Positions 6,515 through 11,948 of a stretch of 11,948 nt of DNA are shown here, piece after piece (the first letter of the stretch is position 1; the number at the start of each line of letters is the position of its first letter). Source of the DNA: Clostridia bacterium. Lineage in GTDB: Bacteria > Bacillota > Clostridia > HGM11514. The stretch spans positions 1 through 11,948 of the forward strand of contig JAZNAU010000013.1 of assembly GCA_045586685.1 (NCBI GenBank). Direction: 5' to 3'. The notes below the pieces were generated by a model. The model did no database searches. It had not been told where the DNA came from and saw only the letters and a program-made list of their open reading frames with translations. A program made the translations under genes and the position numbers.

Positions 6515-7834
6515 TTGAGTGCGTTGATTTCGGATGTTACAAAGGGAAGTTTGGCTTGGAAACACAGAATTAAACCGGGTTGGACCATTGAAACCATCAA
6601 CGGAGAGCCGGTCTACGATATTTTGGAATACCGCTTTTTTTGTTCAGAGGAATCGGTGGTGCTTGAGTTGCTCACGAATAAAGGGAAAAAGAAAAAAGTA
6701 AAAATAAAAAATAAATTTGAAGATTTGGGGATTTTGTTTGAAAATCCTTTGATTGATACAGCCAAAAGCTGTCGGAACAAATGTGTGTTTTGCTTTATTG
6801 ACCAGCTTCCTTCCGGCATGAGGGAAACCTTATATTTTAAGGACGACGACTCGAGATTGTCTTTTTTACATGGAAATTATGTGACCTTAACCAATATGTC
6901 CATGGATGATTTGAAACGTGTGGTCAAGGCACGTATCAGTCCGTTGAATGTTTCGGTACAGGCAACTGACCCCCAGTTGCGGTGCAAGCTTCTCAATAAT
7001 CGTTTTGCCGGAGATTTAATGGATAAAATGAGATATCTGGCGGACAATAAAATTACAATGAATTGCCAGATAGTGTGTTGTAAAGGACTAAACGACGGAA
7101 AGGCTTTTTTAAAAAGTGTGCGGGAGTTGGCATCCCTTTATCCTTATGTTGCCAGTATTTCTGCGGTTCCTGTCGGCATTACTCGTTATCGGGAAGGACT
7201 TTATCCGTTAGAGCCATATGAAAAAGAGGATTGTATTTCCTTTTTAAATCAGTTGGATGAATTGCAAGAGGAGATGCTTGAAACTATCGGAACCCGTCTG
7301 ATTTTTGCTGGGGATGAGTTTTATTTAAAAGCAGAACGGCCCCTTCCTGATGCTTCCGAATACGAAGGCTTTCCTCAGATTGAAAACGGCGTAGGTATGA
7401 TCAGCTCTTTTCGGGATGAATTTTATGAAGTTGTAGAGGAGTTAGAATTAACGAAAACGGAAATTTCCATTGCTACGGGAAGGGCGGCATATTCTTTATT
7501 TACGGAATTTGGAAAGGAATTGGAAAGGCGGGGAGTGAAAACTTCCGTTTATGCCATTGAAAATAAATTTTTCGGCGAGTTAATAACCGTTTCAGGATTG
7601 ATTACAGGCGGGGACTTAGTAGCACAGCTCCAAGGAAAGCCTTTGGGAAATGCTCTTTTGATTTCACGGAATATGCTCAAGGCCGATGAGGACATTTTTT
7701 TGGATGATATGACGCTGGAACAAGCGCAGGAGAGTTTGGGAGTTCCCATCGTCTGCGTAGAAGACAGCGGTTATGACTTTTTGGAAAAAATCAAAGAAAT
7801 AGGAGAATCACCATGCAAAGAAAACCTATTGTAG
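6515..7834 (+). CDS. DUF512 domain putative radical SAM protein with N-terminal PDZ-like domain (TIGR03279-like)
   Basis: CRNKCVFC (CxxxCxxC), FIDQLPSGMRETLYFKDDDSRLSFLHGNYVTLTN and YEGFPQIENGVG. TTG 6515 (RBS AAGGTG 6503-6508) preferred; ATG 6500 sits at the predicted transcription start. Confidence 0.92.
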   Translation: MSALISDVTKGSLAWKHRIKPGWTIETINGEPVYDILEYRFFCSEESVVLELLTNKGKKKKVKIKNKFEDLGILFENPLIDTAKSCRNKCVFCFIDQLPSGMRETLYFKDDDSRLSFLHGNYVTLTNMSMDDLKRVVKARISPLNVSVQATDPQLRCKLLNNRFAGDLMDKMRYLADNKITMNCQIVCCKGLNDGKAFLKSVRELASLYPYVASISAVPVGITRYREGLYPLEPYEKEDCISFLNQLDELQEEMLETIGTRLIFAGDEFYLKAERPLPDASEYEGFPQIENGVGMISSFRDEFYEVVEELELTKTEISIATGRAAYSLFTEFGKELERRGVKTSVYAIENKFFGELITVSGLITGGDLVAQLQGKPLGNALLISRNMLKADEDIFLDDMTLEQAQESLGVPIVCVEDSGYDFLEKIKEIGESPCKENLL

Positions 7835-9147
7835 CAGTGGTAGGACGGCCGAATGTTGGGAAATCCACCTTGTTTAACCGTCTTGCGGGACGGCGGATTG
7901 CTATTGTGGAGGATACTCCCGGTGTGACCCGTGACCGGATTTATGCAGATGTGGAATGGTTGAATCATTCCTTTATTTTAATTGATACAGGCGGAATTGA
8001 GCCATACAGTAAGGATGTTATTCTGGCACAGATGCGCCGTCAGGCAGAGCTGGCGATTGAGTCGGCGGATGTGATTGTATTTTTAACCAACGTAAAAGAA
8101 GGGGTCACTGCAACGGATAAAGAAATTGCGGCAATGCTTCAAAAATCCTCAAAGCCTGTGATTATGGCTTGTAATAAGGTGGACCAGATTGGCGAACCGC
8201 CTATGGAGTATTACGAGTTTTATAATCTGGGACTGGAGGAGATGTATCCTATTTCTTCCACACACGGTTTGGGCTTGGGAGAACTTTTAGATGCGGTAAC
8301 TGCTAATTTTGATGCGGTTGATTTGGAGGATTACGACGAAGAGGTCACCCGTGTGGCAGTCATAGGAAAGCCCAATGCGGGAAAATCTTCTTTAATCAAT
8401 CGAATTTTGGGAGAAGATCGGCACATTGTCAGCGATATCCCAGGTACCACCCGTGACGCGGTGGATTCTCCTTATGAATATGAAGGACGGCAATATGTAT
8501 TTGTGGATACTGCCGGGATGAGAAAGCGGAAAAAGATTGATGAATCCATTGAACATTATAGTGTGGTACGGTCTTTAACCGCTATTGAACGCAGTGATGT
8601 GTGTCTGCTGATGCTGGATGCAACCGAAGGGGTGACCGAGCAGGACACCAAAATTGCAGGATATGCTCATGAAAAGGGAAGGGCCATTGTCATTGTAGTA
8701 AACAAATGGGATTTGGTGGAAAAGGACGGTAAAACCATGAATTTGTTCCGTACACAGGTGATGGAGGGGTTAAGCTTCATGACCTATGCTCCCATTGTGT
8801 TTATTTCTGCGAAAACAGGACAGCGTGTGACGAAGCTCTTTGAACTGATCAATTATGTGAGTGAACAGCATGCAATGCGCGTTTCTACCGGAATGCTCAA
8901 TGATATTATCGGGGATGCTACCGCCCAAGTTCAGCCTCCCAGTGATAAGGGAAAACGGCTGAAGATTTTATATGCCACTCAGGTAGGAGTAAAACCGCCG
9001 GCATTTGTATTCTTTGTGAACAACAAAGAATTGTTCCATTTTTCTTATCAGCGGTATCTGGAAAATCAGATTCGTTCGGTATTCGGTCTGGAAGGAACAC
9101 CCATTCGGATGATGATTCGGGAGAAAACCCGTGAACAGGAGGGATAA
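7813..9147 (+). CDS. der: Ribosome biogenesis GTPase Der/EngA
   Basis: Two GTPase domains (GRPNVGKS…DTGG…NKVD; GKPNAGKS…DTAG…NKWD) and C-terminal YQRYLENQIR…GTPI. Overlaps the upstream gene by 22 bp. Confidence 0.98.
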   Translation: MQRKPIVAVVGRPNVGKSTLFNRLAGRRIAIVEDTPGVTRDRIYADVEWLNHSFILIDTGGIEPYSKDVILAQMRRQAELAIESADVIVFLTNVKEGVTATDKEIAAMLQKSSKPVIMACNKVDQIGEPPMEYYEFYNLGLEEMYPISSTHGLGLGELLDAVTANFDAVDLEDYDEEVTRVAVIGKPNAGKSSLINRILGEDRHIVSDIPGTTRDAVDSPYEYEGRQYVFVDTAGMRKRKKIDESIEHYSVVRSLTAIERSDVCLLMLDATEGVTEQDTKIAGYAHEKGRAIVIVVNKWDLVEKDGKTMNLFRTQVMEGLSFMTYAPIVFISAKTGQRVTKLFELINYVSEQHAMRVSTGMLNDIIGDATAQVQPPSDKGKRLKILYATQVGVKPPAFVFFVNNKELFHFSYQRYLENQIRSVFGLEGTPIRMMIREKTREQEG

Positions 9148-9149
9148 CA

Positions 9150-9800
9150 GTGGTTGCGTTATTCTTGGTTTGTATTGTTTCCTATTTGTTGGGAAGCATT
9201 AACACCTCTATTCTGATTTCCCGTATGTACGGGACGGATATCAGAAGGCACGGAAGCGGAAACGCAGGTGCTACCAACACCTTACGTACTTTAGGAAAAA
9301 AAGCTGCTCTTATGGTGGTGCTGGGTGATGCCATAAAGGGTGTTCTTGCAATTGTTTTGTCAGGATTTGTGGTAAAGCTTTGTGCCAATTTGGGAGGAGA
9401 GGTATTAGAAACTGCTGAAATATACCGTTGTTGCGCAGGTTTTTTTGCCATTATAGGACATAATTTTCCCATTTATTTTAAATTTCGAGGCGGAAAAGGA
9501 GTTCTTACAAGTGCGGCAGTGATTGCAGTACTGGAGCCTGTCATCTTTTTTTGTTTGCTTGCTATTTTTATTATTATTGTTGCGATTACCAGATATGTTT
9601 CTCTGGGGTCAGTTTGTTCTGCGGCAGGATTGATTGTGTTTCCTGTGATAATTTTAGGATTTGATCATGCACCCTTTATTATTTTCGGTGTGCTTGCAGG
9701 CTTATCTGCGATTTTTATGCATCGAGGGAATCTGATACGTCTGAAAAAGGGAACAGAACGGAAGTTAGGCGAAAAAAAGAAATCGGAAAGGACGGAATAA
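9150..9800 (+). CDS. plsY: Glycerol-3-phosphate acyltransferase
   Basis: YLLGSI, DIRRHGSGNAGATNTLR, GHNFPIYFKFRGGKGV, HRGNLIRL; multiple TM segments; GTG start. Confidence 0.96.
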   Translation: MVALFLVCIVSYLLGSINTSILISRMYGTDIRRHGSGNAGATNTLRTLGKKAALMVVLGDAIKGVLAIVLSGFVVKLCANLGGEVLETAEIYRCCAGFFAIIGHNFPIYFKFRGGKGVLTSAAVIAVLEPVIFFCLLAIFIIIVAITRYVSLGSVCSAAGLIVFPVIILGFDHAPFIIFGVLAGLSAIFMHRGNLIRLKKGTERKLGEKKKSERTE

Positions 9801-9801
9801 T

Positions 9802-10794
9802 ATGGCAAAAATTGGTGTAATCGGAGCGGGAAGCTGGGGAACAGCCATTGCAGTGCTTCTTTCAAAACAGCATACAGTTTCTTTATGGGTATATGACCCG
9901 TCTCAGGCAGAAGAAATGGAGCAATGTCGGGAAAACAAGCAATTTCTTCCCGGTGTTTCCATTGGGGAAACGGTCAGCTTTACTACAGATGTGAAACAAG
10001 CCATGGAGGATGCAGAACTTGTGGTCACCGCAGTTCCTTCTCATACCATGCGTGAAACGGCAAACAGGATGAAACCCTATTATAATGGGCAGATTCTTTT
10101 GAATATTTCCAAAGGACTTGAGGAAGGAAGTCTGATGCGTCTTTCCCAAGTACTGACGGATGTGATTCCCGGGGCGAATGTTGCCGTTATGTCAGGTCCG
10201 TCTCATGCTGAGGAGGTAGGAAGGGGAATTCCTACTACCAATGTGGTGTCTTGTCATGATATGTCACAAGCAAAAAAAATTCAGGATTTGGTGATGACTC
10301 CCGAATTTCGTGTGTATACCAACACGGATATGGTAGGTGTTGAGTTGGGAGGCTCTTTGAAAAATGTGATTGCCCTTTGTGCCGGTATTGTGGATGGACT
10401 GGGCATGGGTGATAACACAAAAGCAGCACTGATGACCCGTGGTTTAGCAGAAATTACCCGTCTGGGCTGTGCCATGGGAGCAAATCCTCACACTTTTGCA
10501 GGATTATCAGGAATTGGAGATTTAATTGTGACCTGTACCAGTATGCATAGCCGTAACCGAAGAGCCGGAATCCTGATTGGCCAAGGTCATACGTTAGAAG
10601 AAACGTTGGCACAGGTGCATATGGTGGTAGAAGGGGTAAAAACCGCTGCTGCAGCCTATGATCTTGCAAAACGGCACAATGTGGAAATGCCCATCTGCCG
10701 TCAGGCGTATGCGGTGTTATTTGAAGGAAAAAATCCCCGTGATGCCATTTTTGATTTAATGGTTCGGGAAAAGAAAACAGAAACCGAATATTAA
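9802..10794 (+). CDS. gpsA: NAD(P)H-dependent glycerol-3-phosphate dehydrogenase
   Basis: GAGSWGTA, SKGLE, SGPSHAEEV, GGSLKNVIA, GDNTKAALMTRG, GDLIVTCTSMHSRNRRAG. Confidence 0.97.
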   Translation: MAKIGVIGAGSWGTAIAVLLSKQHTVSLWVYDPSQAEEMEQCRENKQFLPGVSIGETVSFTTDVKQAMEDAELVVTAVPSHTMRETANRMKPYYNGQILLNISKGLEEGSLMRLSQVLTDVIPGANVAVMSGPSHAEEVGRGIPTTNVVSCHDMSQAKKIQDLVMTPEFRVYTNTDMVGVELGGSLKNVIALCAGIVDGLGMGDNTKAALMTRGLAEITRLGCAMGANPHTFAGLSGIGDLIVTCTSMHSRNRRAGILIGQGHTLEETLAQVHMVVEGVKTAAAAYDLAKRHNVEMPICRQAYAVLFEGKNPRDAIFDLMVREKKTETEY

Positions 10795-10815
10795 AACAGT
10801 TAGAGGTGAAGGACA

Positions 10816-11948
10816 ATGAAGGGAACAAATTGGGCAGAAAGTATTAACTTAACCATGTTGACAGACTTTTATGAATTAACTATGGCAAATGGTTACTTCG
10901 AGCATGGATTAAAGGACAAGATCGCAGTGTTTGACATGTTTTTTCGAAAAGTTCCGGATGAGGGCGGTTTTGCCGTTATGGCAGGATTGGATCCTTTGAT
11001 TTCTTATTTAAAAAATTTGGAATTTAAAGAAGACGATATTGTTTTTTTACGAAGCAAAGGATTGTTCAGTGAAGAATTTTTGCAATATCTTGCTGATTTT
11101 AAGTTTTCCTGTGATGTATGGGCGGTGGAGGAAGGAACACCTATTTTTCCCCATGAACCTGTGATTGTGGTAAGAGGACCGGTGATTCAGGCTCAATTTG
11201 TAGAAACCATGGTTTTGCTTAGTATTAACCATCAAAGTCTTATTGCCACCAAGGCAAACAGAATTGTTCGCGCCGCAAACGGCAGGGCGGTTTTAGAGTT
11301 TGGCGCAAGGCGCGCGCACAGCTATGATGCCGCTGTTTTAGGTGCCCGTTCGGCTATTATAGGCGGTTGCGTTGGTACATCCTGCGTTAAGGCGGCTAAG
11401 GATTTTGGAGTAAAGCCTTCGGGTACTATGGCGCACAGCTGGGTTCAGCTTTATAAGGATGAATACACCGCCTTTAAAACCTATGCAGAAAAATATCCCG
11501 ACAGCTGTATGCTGCTTGTTGATACATATAACGTTTTAAAATCGGGTATTCCCAACGCTATAAAGGTGTTTAACGAGGTTGTTGTTCCAAAGGGCTTTCG
11601 TCCGCTTGGCATTCGCATTGATAGCGGCGATATAACCTACCTTACCAAAAAGGTTCGCAAAATGCTTGATGATGCAGGCTTCCCCGACTGCAAAATCTGT
11701 GTTTCTAACTCTTTAGATGAATATTTAATCCGTGATATGCTTATTCAAGGCGCGGCGGTAGATAGCTTTGGCGTTGGTGAAAGGCTTATAACTGCCTCCT
11801 CTGAGGCGGTTTTCGGCGGTGTTTACAAGCTTGTTGCCGTTGGAACCCCCGAGGGCAATATTATTCCCAAAATTAAAATCAGTGAAAACACGGCAAAAAT
11901 CACCATCCCCTCCTTTAAAAAGGTTTGGCGCCTTTTTGATAATGAAAC
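10816..11948 (+). CDS. pncB: Nicotinate phosphoribosyltransferase (3'-partial; missing from the ORF track because it has no stop in the window)
   Basis: Hand translation is open to the window end: MKGTNWAESINLTMLTDFYELTMANGYF…FDMFFRK…NHQSLIATKANRI…EFGARRAH…GTMAHSWVQ…LLVDTY…GIRIDSGD…SNSLDE…FGVGE…GGVYKL…IKISEN. RBS GAGGTG at 10803-10808. Confidence 0.96.
   Translation, partial: MKGTNWAESINLTMLTDFYELTMANGYFEHGLKDKIAVFDMFFRKVPDEGGFAVMAGLDPLISYLKNLEFKEDDIVFLRSKGLFSEEFLQYLADFKFSCDVWAVEEGTPIFPHEPVIVVRGPVIQAQFVETMVLLSINHQSLIATKANRIVRAANGRAVLEFGARRAHSYDAAVLGARSAIIGGCVGTSCVKAAKDFGVKPSGTMAHSWVQLYKDEYTAFKTYAEKYPDSCMLLVDTYNVLKSGIPNAIKVFNEVVVPKGFRPLGIRIDSGDITYLTKKVRKMLDDAGFPDCKICVSNSLDEYLIRDMLIQGAAVDSFGVGERLITASSEAVFGGVYKLVAVGTPEGNIIPKIKISENTAKITIPSFKKVWRLFDNE

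Noticed and set aside
6679-6716. A-rich tract as a phase-variation or frameshift site
   Set aside because: Longest run is A6, the frame is intact, and it simply encodes KGKKKKVKIKNK.
313-11235. The many antisense and alternate-frame ORFs in the track (e.g. 313-726, 3852-4220, 3920-4339, 6157-6600, 10454-10828, 11047-11235)
   Set aside because: They overlap well-supported genes and show no recognisable motifs; shadow ORFs.

Overview
Mostly core chromosome of a Clostridia-type (Bacillota) bacterium, almost all on the + strand. The first ~380 bp are the right end of an integrative element: the C-terminus of a tyrosine integrase, repeat arrays resembling arm-binding sites, a consensus outward promoter, and what looks like the displaced 3' tail of lysS (…PTMKPLDK*), the probable attR. 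Next come a membrane-anchored hypothetical protein, a DUF1846/UPF0371 protein, and a 5'-truncated REP-associated tyrosine transposase (RAYT) on the - strand. Two identical inverted GTAG-footed REPs lie in the RAYT reading frame and bracket its HUH motif. The rest is housekeeping: pta-ackA, yceD(DUF177)-rpmF, DUF512 radical SAM-der-plsY-gpsA, and pncB running off the right edge. pncB changes synonymous codon style abruptly near 11250, suggesting a chimeric gene or assembly join. I see no evidence of a wholly new multi-gene system; the best leads are the lysS-targeting element end, the REP-containing RAYT remnant and the pncB mosaic. All family assignments come from motif recognition, not database searches.
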